A DNA stretch of 62,210 nt, filler included, from Sphacelaria rigidula (GCA_964200075.2; 11 parts of 11 records of this genome joined end to end with filler, not necessarily neighbours in it); one strand, 5' to 3'. Shown: positions 1 to 13,550, counted from the first letter of the whole stretch. Made by a program: numbers and translations. Notes: a model not told the origin generated them from the sequence alone.

Positions 1-1293
1 GTTGCTTCCAACGTGACATGCCGGCTTGTCCCAGTCACCCTGCCGAGCAACGAAGAGTATCGACACATGCATTGTTCGGGAGCAGACGCCGGAGGAGAGC
101 GGAGAAGAAACTGAAGACACTGGTGTGGTGCTCTCGACCCGTTTCCACCATGACGGGGGTAAGTCTGGGATCGATCGTGATCCCAGTACGAGCGTATGTG
201 CATCACCCGGTCAGCCAGGTGCTCTGACAAGCCAGATGATGAATGAGTCATGGTCATGGTTCACCGTCAATTTAGCGCTCCTGTTGGTTCTTGGGATCGT
301 TGTGGGGCCGCTACTTGCTGCCATGCGACCAAGGCGACATCGACCCGGAGTCTTTGCTGATACGGAAACAATGCCTCGCTGGACAAGACTAATCGCTGTG
401 ACGACGTGACGGTTGGCGTGTTTCGGCGGCACCGCGACATCCACAGTGATGGAGATACACTTGGTGTACGCCATGCGGTCGTGGTGGGGCTATGGCATCC
501 GCGTTCTTCCGACCCGCCTCTTCGACGTATCAATGTGTTTCTTTGCTTGCCTGTGAGTTGAAGATCTCAACTAGGGGTTGAGCAATACGCCTTGTGCTCG
601 TGTGTTTTTACTGAAATATTTCATATATGTATATAGAGTACGGTAGTGAAGGCTCGACGCGCCCCCAGTTAACGTGGGTGCCCGAGGCTTTGCTCCCTTG
701 GAGCAGAATAGGACAAGATTGCAGCAAAACCTTTATCGCCCGGGGTAGTGCACGCCTGTTGATCGCGGCTGAACAGTCGGTGTTCGTGCAGTTGGATAAT
801 TTGCTGAAATCCTTCAGTAGTGGATATGGCCTCTCGAATATTCGTGGCCTTGCTCTCGAAATTGATGGAAAAGATACGTCCTATTTCCATAGCTCCTTTG
901 CCCTGGTGGAGTGTGGTGTACGGCGTATGCCAGGTGTGATTGCTTGCAAAGTGTTATATACCCCTTTTTTCTTGTCTTATTTATCCCCTGCCGTTTTTCG
1001 TGACGAGTCCGTGGTCTCAAGGGATCATCCCATCTCTCTCTCTAGATACACGCCTTGCATTTTGGTCTCGCGAAATGGGTCAGCACTCCCGCACCGCGCC
1101 AACTCACGTCTATCGAACTCTGTCGCCTAATGTGTTCACTCACGTAATCACGCTTTTCACGGTGGGAATCAGATATTACGAAGAAAACACCCAACGCATC
1201 GGGAATCGAAACCTCGTTCTTTCCACCCTAATGCCGGCAGCTGAACCACTACACCATCGGAGCTCGGCGGCATGCTGTAGTGCTTTTCCCCGT

Positions 1294-3993
1294 TCACCCT
1301 TCACCCTCCGTCGTCTGGCGTGCATTCTTCTCCGCCGGGGCTGCGGTTCCCTGACACAATCGCACCCGCAAGAGACTATTCCACATGCTAAAGTCATTTC
1401 CGTTTGGCCTGCAAGAACCAGACGCGTTTGATCGCGTGTGGAGAGCGGGTTGTACGCAGAAGTGGACGTTTTTCATTGAATATGTATGGAATATCAACAA
1501 AAATATCACCATCGATATAATCGTAGAAATAATGGAAACGTCATGTCGAATTCTACAGTATGCCAGTTTCCATCGTTGGCAGTTTGTCACCAACCGAACG
1601 TTATAATCCATACGTCAGCTGCTTGGAGATACAAAGATGTCGTACTATACCAGTCTCCGCCGTGCCCCATAGCTGTATGTATCTCCTATAGAAAGCATGG
1701 GCATACTTTTGATATAGGGCACAGACGCCAGGATTTGTTCACCACATTTCGGTCTTATTAGTGATTATAGGGGGCAGCTATTTTCGTAGTTAGATATGTT
1801 TATCGTAGTTGAATGTTTACTTTGGACCTCGATTCATGACGTCTTTTGGTACAGCAACATCCGCAGCACCGGCGAGACGAATGTCAACATACAAAGTTTG
1901 CGATAGTGCATGTGAGCACAAGGTTGGGACGCACTTCAAACGCCAGCAGCTTGTTGTAGTGCTGCCCGAGCTAGATGTTGGATGTTGTGTGTAATATGAT
2001 TTCATTTTCAGTTCAGCGTTGGAGCAATGCTACGGTAAGGGTGCACTTTCTGTCCGAAATCTTTTCTGATGCAGGGGCTCCTGACGGTTTTAGATGCAGA
2101 AGAATATGGGTCAGGACATTCCCGTTGCAAATCCATTCGGGATATTCGTAGCACGTTGGAATAATAATCTTCGCGTACTCCGACATATTTCATAAGTCGT
2201 GTTTTGGACGAGATGAAGGGCCCCCAACAATTCCAACCTCATATTATATTTGTACACCCCTACCGCAGCATCACATGGCACATCATCCGACTCCCGACAA
2301 TCAACTGCAGACTAGGAATTCGACAATATATTTAGTAGTTGCAGGTGGCCTGGCCGACATTTACTGCAGTTTCACGCGGTAGTTCAATGGTACGTTACTA
2401 GCCTTTATATCCTAAAATTGTTTTTATATATTCCTACGTATGTGTTGACGTAATAAATTAACATCATGTAGTAACATGCCGTCTGAGAGTGAAAGGAATA
2501 GAGTTGCCGGGTATTGTGCATCTTGTTCACGCGGTGTTAGAGAAAGCCTGTGAATTGTTATTATTATTACTATTCCCACACATTAGTCCGAACTCTCGAA
2601 GCCGCGTGGTCACAGACTTAGGCTTGTCTTTCCAATATCGTCCCTGCTATCCCTTATAAGACATAGAGTGAATGGTCCAAACATATTCACGAATATAATG
2701 AAATAAACACCAACGGTCAATTTGTGTACATCGTTTTACATATCATACATGCATTGCGTTTCGTTGCTTACCGACATTTTTACATAAAGTGGTGTAAGAA
2801 TGTTGTTCACCTTGTGTGTTTCTCTTTGTTTAAGAATACTCCTTAGTGCAATGTAATCAATGATGCACGATGTCACTATTTTCGGTTCCTCTCATCATGT
2901 TCCCGGACATTTTTGCATCCCTTGTTCTCATACAACGTCCACTCACTCGTTTCCCTTCCCGACAAACCGGATAGTTTTGGCGGTGACGGGTGGCTCCAGC
3001 ATGAACAGCTCTGGCTCCTTTCTTTTACCCGAACTTTGTCCACCAGTGATAACGGGGTTTCCCTCGGCGACGATCTGGATATGGAAGCAAAACGTTCGCC
3101 GCCGACATAAGGTGATCGTGGCGGTGATTAATTACGAACAAGCAGTTCCAACTTCAGGACGAGCGAGGCGAGGAATGTCATATCACGTACACACATATAT
3201 ATATAATATATCTGTTTCACATGTATGACTTTTTCGATGTTCCTTTCTTTTGTTGTCCTTCAAATCGAGTTTTGTTCAGCCAGCGACTCCCGCTGTAGTT
3301 TTTACCTTAGGCACATCTATCTTATGACCACGGCTGCTTCCGTAGCGAATCAAGAAAATGTGAAATACGAATCAAAATGGGGGTTCTGGACTTTTAGAGG
3401 GGGTGTGTAGAGCGTCGCTGCAGGAGGTTCTGGACCTTTAGAGGGGGTGTGGAGGGTCTCTACCTTTGGAAGGTGTTCCGAGGGAGTAGCAAAGTGTCCA
3501 CCTGTGAGAATCTAAAAAAGCACCGATGATTATTTTGACAATTTAGAAGGCACTGCTGAAACGTTACCCGATGTTATCGAATCGACGAAATAGTCACGGC
3601 GTATTATTCCTATGAGTAGGGGCTCCAATTGTTTACCTGGGCGCATTAGCTGTACAGTCCCTCGTTCGGGACAACTACTGAACCTAGAAATTTTCCCAGG
3701 ACATGACAGAAGGTCACATTCTGGATTGCACGAACACATTGTTACGCCTAGTGTATATTATTTGCCTCTTGACAAATGATGCTTCTCCCTCCTAATATTA
3801 CAACCGAAGCCACTAGGTTGAGAGAATGCGAGCGAAATTTCCGCTACATACATTTTTTTGTCTTTACAAAAACTTGAATGATTCCCGTCGTTGAAACGTA
3901 GGAAAACGAGTAGCAGAAGAGTTTGTATGGTGAGGGCCGTCCCGGTGCGGAAGAACTGATCGAACCCACGATATTAAAATGCACGGTGCGTAC
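1294..3993 (-). CDS. 3' part of a spliced gene encoding an F5/8 type C (discoidin/CBM32-like) carbohydrate-binding domain. Exons 3970-3993 (tentative micro-exon), 2947-3074 and 1294-1408
   Basis: GT-AG, phase-compatible splicing gives (VRTVHFNI)IVAEGNPVITGGQSSGKRKEPELFMLEPPVTAKTIRFVGKGNE-PNGNDFSMWNSLLRVRLC...GEG*. This matches the SSG...A+.+R+.G.GN...WNS pattern of F5/8 type C modules. Confidence 0.6.
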
Positions 3994-4209
3994 CTGGGGG
4001 GAGACAGGATGAACCCTTGACGCAACAGACTCGTCCCGAGGAGGGGTAGATGGACGTGAGCCAGTAAAAAATGGCAACAGCTTGTCGTAGACTCAGGAGT
4101 AGGTATTGAGGAACTTTAAAGGTATTGGCACAGCGAAAAGGATAGCCGTTTTCTACCGTATCGATACCCAACTCAACAATCGAAGCCAATACACGCGATA
4201 AAAGCAAGT

Positions 4210-4638
4210 AAGATGGGATTTTACAAATTGGGGATGGATCTTTTATTGGGGAAGAGAACCCGACGGAATAAAATCTTCGTATCCACACCAAATCTTCGAA
4301 GTATGCTTCCATTTCTTTACTTGCTGGTAGGTATTGACAACTACTACACGCCATACAAATTTGGATTTCGATAACCGAAATATAGGGGTCCTAGGTGAAA
4401 AACCAATTTTGGCGTCCGATCGGACACCTAAAATCCCCAAAATTGGTTCTTCACCTGGGACCCCGACATTTCGGTTATCGAAATCCAAATTTGTATGGCG
4501 TGTAGTAGTTTTCAATAACTACCAGCAAGTGAAGAAATAAAAGCATACTTTGAAGATTTGGTGTGAATACGAAGATTTTAATTTTCCCGATTCTCATCCC
4601 GATAAATAATCCATCCCCGATTTGTAAAACCCCGTGTT
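4210..4638. mobile_element. Fold-back (near-palindromic) MITE-like element, copy 1
   Basis: Arms of ~200 bp are reverse complements of each other (ggg..tt.caaattggggatgg ... ccatcccc.atttgt.aaa.cccgtgtt). A homologous copy lies at 25834-26275. Confidence 0.85.
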
Positions 4639-5394
4639 GAGTACAGAGGCAGTACTGAAACAACCGACCACAAAAGAGTTGCCTGGCGCACGAAATCACC
4701 AGAAGAAGCATACTTGATATTTAGGTGAACGTTCAAAGACTGTCCGCATTCGTATTTTCAAGATAATTTTAATGTCTTGCTGCTGCTGCTGCTGTCGTCA
4801 TCGTCATCGTCATCGTCGTCGTCGTTGTTGTTAGATAGGCATGATACATAAGTCCCCATGTAAGGACGCTTGGCTGTATGTAGCTACATATTCATTGTCA
4901 CCGGTACAAGTGGATGGGTAGGTCGCATACATGTAGACTACTTTATGATGTTTCAAAACACGGCGCACCCACCGATTTCTTCGATGCAAAGCTTGCTCCA
5001 ACGAAAAATGAGCTGTGCCCTCTGCGCATACCGTTCGATGGGTTCCGGAATGACACGCCCTTTATGTGCAACTTCCGTTGCGCATCACACGTCATACGGG
5101 AAAGTTGCGGATTGTGCACGAGAACACCTTCGAGAGCTAACATACTTCTTGGTGGGCAGCCATGACACTCCCCGCATGTCAATTTGCAGTTCGGTTGATG
5201 GCCCGCAGTTTATTTTCCATAACCGGCAATTCTTCCTACTAGTACATACGATTCGATATGCGCAACTGAAAATATCCAGTACTGTTTCCGTATGTGTTTT
5301 CGTGCGTGTTTTATATGAAATTTATGAAATATTTCCCTTTGCTCACTATAATAACAGCATCACAGCATTTAAGATGGCCGCGACCACAATCGCG

Positions 5395-5565
5395 ATGGTG
5401 ATGAGAATGACGATGACGGCGATGACGATGACAATGACGATGAGCATGATGATGACGATGATGATGACGATGATGATGACGATGATGATGATGATGGTGA
5501 TGATGATGATGATGATGACGACGACGACGATGATGATGATGATGATGGTGATGGTGATGATGATG
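5395..5565. repeat. (ATG/ACG)n trinucleotide microsatellite at the contig end
   Basis: Direct inspection. It explains the poly-Met tail of ORF 4870-5613. Confidence 0.95.
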
Positions 5566-5665
5566 NNNNNNNNNNNNNNNNNNNNNNNNNNNNNNNNNNN
5601 NNNNNNNNNTTAATTAATTAANNNNNNNNNNNNNNNNNNNNNNNNNNNNNNNNNNNNNNNNNNNN
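5566..5665. other. Artificial contig linker (N44 + TTAATTAATTAA + N44). Same linker at 11231-11330, 16896-16995, 22561-22660, 28226-28325, 33891-33990, 39555-39654, 45219-45318, 50883-50982 and 56547-56646
   Basis: Identical 100-nt spacer with six-frame stops. The flanking contigs are all 5565 or 5564 bp, which fits a length-sorted assembly that was concatenated. Confidence 0.97.
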
Positions 5666-5677
5666 GGGGGGGGGGGG

Positions 5678-5732
<55 letters not shown>

Positions 5733-5991
5733 AATGATCCAAACCATGATCCGGATCAGTAGGAAGTCATTTCCAGACAGGTCATGGTCTGTCCGACGTG
5801 TGCTGTAGTAGCTTTCCATTTCTCGTGCTAGCCTGTGCTATGATGAAATCTGTGACGGAATGATACAATCTGGTACATGTTGCCAGCCTCGGGGAATTGT
5901 AACCGTACGATGCTCTTCTTGCCTCTTCTGAAAGTTCTGAAATTTTTCATGTGCTCTCTGTTCGGATGCGTACCGGTGATCCATCTCGCAG

Positions 5992-8900
5992 GCACTAGCC
6001 AAATATGGCAGGGATTTGACTCAGGCCGCACAAGACGGCAAGCTGGACCCCGTGATCGGGCGAGACGATGAGATACGCAGAACCGTTCAAATTCTCAGCC
6101 GACGCACGAAGAACAACCCCATCCTGCTTGGAGAGCCAGGTACGGACATGCATGCACAGGCACCGGTGACATCCTTTTACCAGCGTTATGGCATCGTGCG
6201 TTACTTCGGGGCTTACATCCTTGTGAATCTCGATGACAGGCGATTTGCTAGTTATCTCGTATGCTCTCGATGTCACCCTGACATTGCGCTTCCCGGATAG
6301 ATTTCTGCAGCCCAGGAAGAGTATCGGATGGCAATTAATTGTCTGAAGTGTGTTGTTCGGCCGAGCAGGCGTCGGGAAGACCGCGATTGCGGAGGGATTG
6401 GCACAGCGTATTGTAGCTGGAGATGTGCCGGAGTCCCTCAAGAACCGCAAGCTGGTGTCTCTAGACATGGGAGCTTTGATCGCCGGCGCCAAGTATCGCG
6501 GGGAGTTCGAAGAACGCCTGAAGGTGACTGCCTACCAAAAGCGCCTCAAGTACTTGTCGTGGCTTTGAACGGAAGCTCGTCGTCAGAAGACCCGTCTGTT
6601 GTGAATGACTGTAAATCTTGAACGTTGTGAGCGACGCAGAACACCTCCCTATGCTTTCAAGGGCACAGGGACTTGAGTCGTGGGTGATGTGGCGGAGCTC
6701 ATGTGGTCTTCCCGCAAAAAATGGTGCCCACACACACACGCACACATACACACACACAGTGTTGATAGCGTTCATGTGCTGCAATCGTTGCCGCTAACTG
6801 TACATTCGTAGCCCGCTTCCCCACCCTTGACAAGCGGAAGAGGAAAACGAGGTGGATCATCACTTGAGTGCACCGTGGACGCAAATATTTCGATGCGCCA
6901 TAACAAAAATGAGAGGGTGTGCTACTGATGCGGAAGTTACAGGGGGATAACATTGTAGTTGTGAAGGACGTCTTCTGTGAATTTCGGGGCCCCTGACAGC
7001 AGAGTAAATTGTTGTGCCAGTTACTCCAAACAGGTGGAAGTCGGCAACCCCACAACATCTTACGCTGTGGGCGCCGCCGCACCTTCCCACCCTTCACTTC
7101 CGCGCGTGCGTGCGTTGTGTGTTTGTCGATCAGGCCGTACTGAAGGAAGTAACGTCAAGCGAGGGGCAGATAGTCATGTTCATCGACGAGATCCACACTG
7201 TTGTTGGGGCAGGAGCCCAGTCTGGGTCCATGGATGCAAGCAATCTTCTCAAGCCCATGCTTGCTCGTGGGGAGCTGAGGTGCATTGGAGCTACAACCCT
7301 TAACGAGTACAAGCAGGTATGGCTGAAGCGCCGGTATTGCTCTGAGATATGTCGCGACCGGTCAATTGTGTGTGTCCCAATGTGACGGATTCAACATCAT
7401 CAAACACTGACTAGCGTAAAAAACACCCGAATAAAGCTTCAACGTTCTGTCCCCCTGTTCGCGGCTGTCACGTTCGTTGCCGCGCAGAATATGGAGAAGG
7501 ACAAAGCCCTCGAGCGGAGGTTTCAGCAAGTGTACGTGAAGCAGCCGAATGTGGAAGACACTGTGAGTATGTCCTTGGCTAACGTGTGCCTGTTAGATTG
7601 TGCTGAAGGCGGAACGAAACCGCCGCACTGTTGTTGCTGTTGTTGTTGTTGTTGTTGTTGTTGTTGTCTTCACATTAATGATTCGTTCCGATACCTGCGC
7701 AGTACTCTGTACCAGGCATCTGATGCGAACCCTTCCGTGGTAACACGTTAAGTATCCGATATAAGATATAAAAAAATATATATGACCCAGAAAAAATCAC
7801 GCAGATTGTGACCCAGGGAAATTTGAGAAATCACCCAGGAAACAATGGCGCGGACTTGCGAGCAACCTTGTACGCCCGTTTTTAGTGCTCAGCGCGATAC
7901 GGTGGAGACGAGCATACAGCGTTCATGGTGTGGTCATGTCTTGATTCCTCCAAGTCTCATCTTACACCAAGATTGTAAATGTGGTCGTTTTCTACGTGCT
8001 GTTGAATATCAACACATCATGAATGCACACTGCCCGACAACGATTTTCACCCGCGATTAGGCCCTAGATCTTGTGTGGGATTGTACTGTATTCCACACGC
8101 ATGGACTTTTGTATATCCAAGAGCATTGTTGCTCCTACACCTACTGCAGTAGGATGGAGACCACTGCACACACTCCGATGCCGCCTAGCAGCAGCTTGTG
8201 ATGAACGAATGATGACGAGATCTTCTGCTCTGTCCCGGCTCGATGACAGGTGAGCATTCTTCGCGGCTTGAAGGAGAGGTACGAAGTTCACCATGGAGTG
8301 CGCCTGCAAGACTCGGCGCTGGTGTCCGCCGCCCAACTTTCTCATCGATACATAGCTGATCGATTCCTCCCGGACAAGGCGATTGACCTCGTAGACGAAG
8401 CTGCGGCGAAGCTCAACATAGAGGTAAGTGGCACACCTGGACCACCTGCTCTCTCTCCCTCTCTCTCTCGACGCACTTTGTCAGCGTTGTGTCATGACAT
8501 GCTTACTCTTGTTTCTGGATTTCTTCCCATTGCTGATCTTGCATGCCATAGTCATTTGACAATTGGGCTCGCATCCCTACAAAGCCGGGACGGATCACGC
8601 CGGGTTTTCGCCGGACCGGGCTCGCAATCAATAACCAAGCGTGAAGCGCCGTGGGGTGCTCGGCGAGTCGCACGAAGGGTGAACTGCATCCCGTCAGATT
8701 GTTCGGCCCGAAGCCTACTGATTATCTTGCATTTGGATTATAGCCTTCAATGCGTTGCTTCATTTTCCGGTATCGTCGCTTCCAGAGACAGCCACTGCTT
8801 ACACACTGCCTTATAGGTGTCTCGCCATCAAAACACTACGTAGTACGATCATCGCCTTTGCGCAGAGTTGAGGTTCTCCCACGCCGTACGATATGATGTA

Positions 8901-10353
8901 GCTCGACGACCATCACGGTTACTGAAGAAAAAACGCGAGCGCGCAAAAAAATCGGTAATCTAGTCGCCTGGCTTACGCAGTGAATGACGTATTTTACAGC
9001 GCCATCGCCAACCGACGCCAACCCTATAGGGGGTCCGCCCCTACAAAGGCGGGACGGAGCACGCCGGGTTTTCGCGGGGGACGGGGGTGGAGGGAAGAGG
9101 GGGTTACACATTGCAGGCGAAATTGATGGCATCGTGTCACGTTTGTGTGGCGAAGGCAACCTGCTGTCAGTAGGAGGTTACCGACTCGCTCCAATATCTC
9201 GAACTATCCAGAGCATTGCGAGATGGGACGGTGTGAAAGGCACTCGTCGGATAGAAAGTAGTGATACGACATGTTTGCTCGCACATCGGCGGGTACAAGA
9301 ATACGGAACGCTGAATACAATATTTAAAGGTTCCGCGTCGAACGGAGACTTCGAAACGCCTTAGATTCAATGTCACTGATACACACACACACACACACAC
9401 ACGTGCGGGTGCTGCAACCAATCAGGTAACCAGCAAGCCACAGCTAATCGATGAAGTCGACAGGCGCCTCATCCAGCTGGAGATGGAGAAACTTTCCCTG
9501 CGTAAGGAGACGAGAAAGGACGCGCTCCAGAGAGTCGAACAGATCGACGGCGAGATGGCAGACCTGAAAGAAAAGCAGGTACAGGGACGATTTGATTTGC
9601 CGAGTACAAACTGTTTTCGCCGCTACAATCGTGAACAAGAGTTTTTTCTTTTTTTCCAAGTTTGTGCTCCTATGACGTGGGTGCTGGGGTTCCTCACCAG
9701 CGTGATGAGCTATTGTTTCTGTGCCGTGCTGTCATGCAGTAGCTCACTTGCGATCGCTTCTCGTCAACCGCAGAAAAATCTTACGGACGCGTGGGACAAG
9801 GAGCGAAACCGCGTGGGCAAGGTGCAGGAACTCAGGGAGAGACTAGACGCACTCAAGGTGGAGATTGACAACGCCGAGCGCGGGTACGACCTGAACAAGG
9901 CCGCGGAGCTCAAGTTTTCGGTGATGCCTCAGCTCCAGGTGAGAATAACAGTGGTGCGCAGGGCGCACTTGTAGACTGCTTACGTCGGACATTGCCATGT
10001 ACTCTTGTTCAAGACGTTACAGTGACCAATGAGCTCTATCAAGTGAGCGCTCACTGGCTCAACGGTCAAATTTTTGCTTCTTGAGCACAGAGTTGTTGGC
10101 GGTACTGTCGACACACTTGAGTCTAGCCTGTACTTCCCGGTGCCGCGCTCGATCGCGCCTTAGTCCGGGCTGGGCTGCGCTGGGCGAGGTAAAACCTGCG
10201 GACGTGCCCTGTGTTGATACTCGCAGGAAGAGCTACGAAACGAGGAAGCTTTGCTCGACGAGGATCCACGTTCTGGCGCGGATGCTAATTCCCGCATGCT
10301 GCGAGATGAGGTTACTCCGGACGACATCGCGTCGGTCGTGGCGGCGTGGACAG
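5992..10353 (+). CDS. clpB: ClpB/Hsp100 chaperone, organellar/bacterial type, partial (NBD1 + M-domain). Exons 5992-6139, 6369-6523, 7134-7316, 7488-7562, 8250-8423, 9426-9578, 9774-9938 and 10227-10353
   Basis: All introns are GT-AG and phase-consistent. Motifs: [15 protein letters not shown], Walker A GEPGVGKT, Walker [35 protein letters not shown], coiled-coil M-domain with DLNKAAELK, and [16 protein letters not shown]. The N-terminus and NBD2 lie outside the contig. Confidence 0.97.
8538..8830 (-). mobile_element. Dispersed SINE/LINE-like repeat, family B, in a ClpB intron. Other copies at 9035-9080, 22661-22720, 22984-23030, 30275-30336, 45150-45218, 45319-45345, 46037-46320, 46320-46370 and 57097-57136
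   Basis: Reverse complement aligns with 46037-46320 over ~280 bp. Most copies retain all or part of the 3' end gggatgcgaggtcaatggtctcatgactatggcatgcatgatcatgagtacacc(C)n and differ in 5' extent; 9035-9080 and 45150-45218 are internal or 5' fragments. Confidence 0.85.
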
Positions 10354-11166
10354 GTGAGCATGTGCTGTGACGGCTACAGTGATGCCACGCTGATGATCCA
10401 GAGATGAACCGATCCTTGTGCGACCCCGGACCGACCGAGTGCGAGGTCCCTGTCTCCTTTAGTTTTGGTTGCAACTGCAATTTGGTAGTGTGCTTAATTG
10501 TGCTATGGTTGATTGATTGATTGTCACACTTTGACCCTTGGACAGCGACCCCCCCGCAGGTGGACTGATTTGGACTATGCCACATTTGGGATTCAGAACT
10601 GCTCTTTTCTCGCTACACAAAACGCCTTTTTCATGAACATATGGATATTTGTCATCTACTCCGATGTAGAGGAAATAGTCTCGGAGAACCCCTGACCAGT
10701 TTTGACCCTGCAGTCAATTGCATGCAGAGTCGGTATGTATATGTGCTGTATGTCTGCACTGGATACAACAGCAAGAAACAGCATAAGCGTGCCATCGCTC
10801 TCCACTGGAACACAATTTACTGCATAGAGCCTCTGCCTAGTGCTTAACAACACTATAGACAGTGTGAAGCTATGCTGGCAGCACATGAGGGATCAGGCAG
10901 GCGGCGTAGACCACGAGCAGAATACAAAACAAGTTATTTTTACTCATGTCATCTATGGTTGATTGCCCATGACCAAAATGAGTCGTGGGAGTAGACAGCG
11001 AATTAGTCCAATTTTAGTCCACCTGAACGGGAACAACTTGACGACCGTGATTGGTCAAAATGGGCATCCCACGCCTGTCGGGCCTCGTGCACGGCTCATA
11101 ATTTTCCGCGGGAAACTTCTAAACACACATGGTTGACACTGTGAGCTTCTCCGATGCTCTGTGTAC

Positions 11167-11217
<51 letters not shown>

Positions 11218-11330
11218 CCCCCCCCCCCGCNNNNNNNNNNNNNNNNNNNNNNNNNNNNNNNNNNNNNNNNNNNNTTAATTAATTAANNNNNNNNNNNNNN
11301 NNNNNNNNNNNNNNNNNNNNNNNNNNNNNN

Positions 11331-12640
11331 CCTCTTGATGTGGCTGTAAGTCAGTATTTCCCCCCCAAGCAGTTGGAGTTGGGCCTTGTTGCAGGGTGGA
11401 TGCTCCCACTGCTTGTTCGATGAAGGTGACGTTTCTAGAACTACTAATTTTGCCGGAGTGTCGGTTAAAAATGCGATATGAAGGGCTATCGCTATCATAT
11501 CCAATCAGGACTCCCTCCCAGGCGTTGTCTTCCAGTTTGTTGAGGTGACCTTCCTTATGCACGAACGCTCGACACCCTATTGTGCGCAAAAAGGATAGTT
11601 TCGCCTGTTTACCAAACATCCTGTAGTACGGTGTTTCTCCGTTGATGCTACTATGGGGTAGACGATTCAGTATAAATACCGCCGTTGCTGCGATTTCCCC
11701 CCATAGATACTTGGGCAAGTGCCCTTCGTTCAAGAGGCAACGGGTTATGTTGAGGATAGTTCCCCCGTCGCGTTCTGACATACCGTTTTGTTGAGGAGTG
11801 TAACTGGCGGTGAACTGTTGGATGATTCCGGTAGTTTCGCAGTATGGACGAAAATGCTCTCCTGTGAATTCTCCTCCGTGATCTGACCGTGGGTGATGTA
11901 CTCGAAGTCCTTGAGGAATCGCCACGTCTTGAATAAATTTGCAGAGAGTAGAAAGCGCCTCTCTAACCAATCTACTGTACTGTACTTCAGAGCGAAGAGC
12001 ATGAACTCCACCGCCGGAGGATCCTCCGCCGCCACCACGATTACCTCGTATTTTGCCCTTGTGCTGACGATGCTGATGGCGCGCGGCACGAGACTGCCCG
12101 GAGGTTCCACCGGAAGACGGTGGGCAATCGCATGCGTAATGGCCGACCTGGACACAACAGTGGCAAGTGCCTGCCGCATGCCCAGTATGCTTTCTGATCG
12201 CCGTAACCAATTGCGGTGGGGTGATTGTGATATTTTTATGCTCCAAACGAGCAAACACTCTCTGCACATAAGTTGGCACTTGTTGAGCCATTGGCACCAC
12301 CTGATGCCTCGCAGCACCCCTGCGTTAGCATGCTTCACACGGTTCTTACACGTAAAATACTTCGTAATAAAAGTGCGAAATGCACTCTCTGAGTACCTAT
12401 CCCCGTATTGGGGAGGTCGCAATTCTTCCCGCATAACCACAGGCGTCACGCTGGTCGTAGTACGCGAACCGGTCGCCATACGCGTAGCTGCAATCAACGG
12501 CATGCAAACTTTCACAGGCCAGCGAACTTTCGCGAGTTGCACACTTCCTTGCCTTGTAGCCGTACCACACAATCGTAACAGCCTCCAAACTCCTGGTGCC
12601 CGCAGCTTCAGCAAGTCTCCCGTCTGGATCAATCACAGGC
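11331..12640 (-). mobile_element. Ty1/Copia LTR-retrotransposon fragment: gag-like region with CCHC zinc knuckle fused to the integrase core and C-terminus
   Basis: CHCCVQVGHYACDC knuckle, then RSDHGGEF, YTPQQNGMSER, LPKYLWGE, NRLP, GCRAFVH, GVLIGY, SRNVTFIE. These are classic Copia integrase and SH3-like motifs. The upstream gag-like part is frameshifted. Confidence 0.92.
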
Positions 12641-13508
12641 CAGTCGCCTTTCTCCAGCCACCACCAGCTTGAACCCCCGTCACGCGTCCGTTATGTGAGG
12701 TTGTCCCCAGCTGCCAGACTTACTCCGCCGAAATCCTTTTCAGCAAAATTCTAGCACTGACACCAACACTAGCACACTAGCACTCAATATCAATATTGTG
12801 ACGCCAGCCAGTGGAAGCACTGTTTGATCACTGCTGTTGAGGGACTCCCCAGTCTTACTTGCCTCAGTTTCAGTTGTCAGCCTTGACAACATTCTCATTA
12901 ATCATGAGTGACCTGCAGATACCATATCGGCGTCCCCGGTCATTATCCAGAATCCTCCAGAATCTTCGTGCCCTCAGTCATTATCCATATTATCACTACC
13001 AACTCAACGTAATGTCGTATTTTCGTCACATGTCCAAAAACATACGGAGAGGCTGATAGCCGGGATGTAAATAGAAAAATCCCACAGTGGCCGTTGATGA
13101 AATTACATAATGTCGAATCTTGCCAATTCCAGAGCCAAAATCCCCCCTTATCACTCTTCCTAGGATATGAGAGCCGAGAGGCGTCAAATGTTTGCCTTTG
13201 ACCGAACATTTTCAGCCTTGAGCTCGAACGGGGCGGGAAAGTTGGGAAATGTTACTCTAACTCTTGGCGAGCTTGGAAATTCGACCAAATGTACAATCCA
13301 CACAATGACTGCTAGTAGTGACGCTAAGTTGCACTAATTCGTATTTTGCACATATGGAAAGGGTTGTCCAAAGTAGCCCTTGGTGTTGACAACAAAGCAA
13401 ACCCTGACCCCTCCCGGTTCGGGTTTCGGTACCTACCAGGGAAGCGATACGCACGCAACGCCTGAGCAACTCATAATGACACCTAGCCACAGACCCCTCC
13501 TCCGGGGA

Positions 13509-13550
<42 letters not shown>

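Noticed and set aside
4870..5613. 247-aa ORF with a poly-Met tail
   Set aside because: The frame is held open by an (ATG)n microsatellite and shows no protein-like motifs.
11893..12672. 259-aa plus-strand ORF
   Set aside because: It is the antisense shadow of the retrotransposon gag region.
12750..12770. TGGTGTCAG on the minus strand as a primer-binding site for the Copia
   Set aside because: It lies in a short GTGCTAG repeat and is not preceded by a recognisable LTR end.
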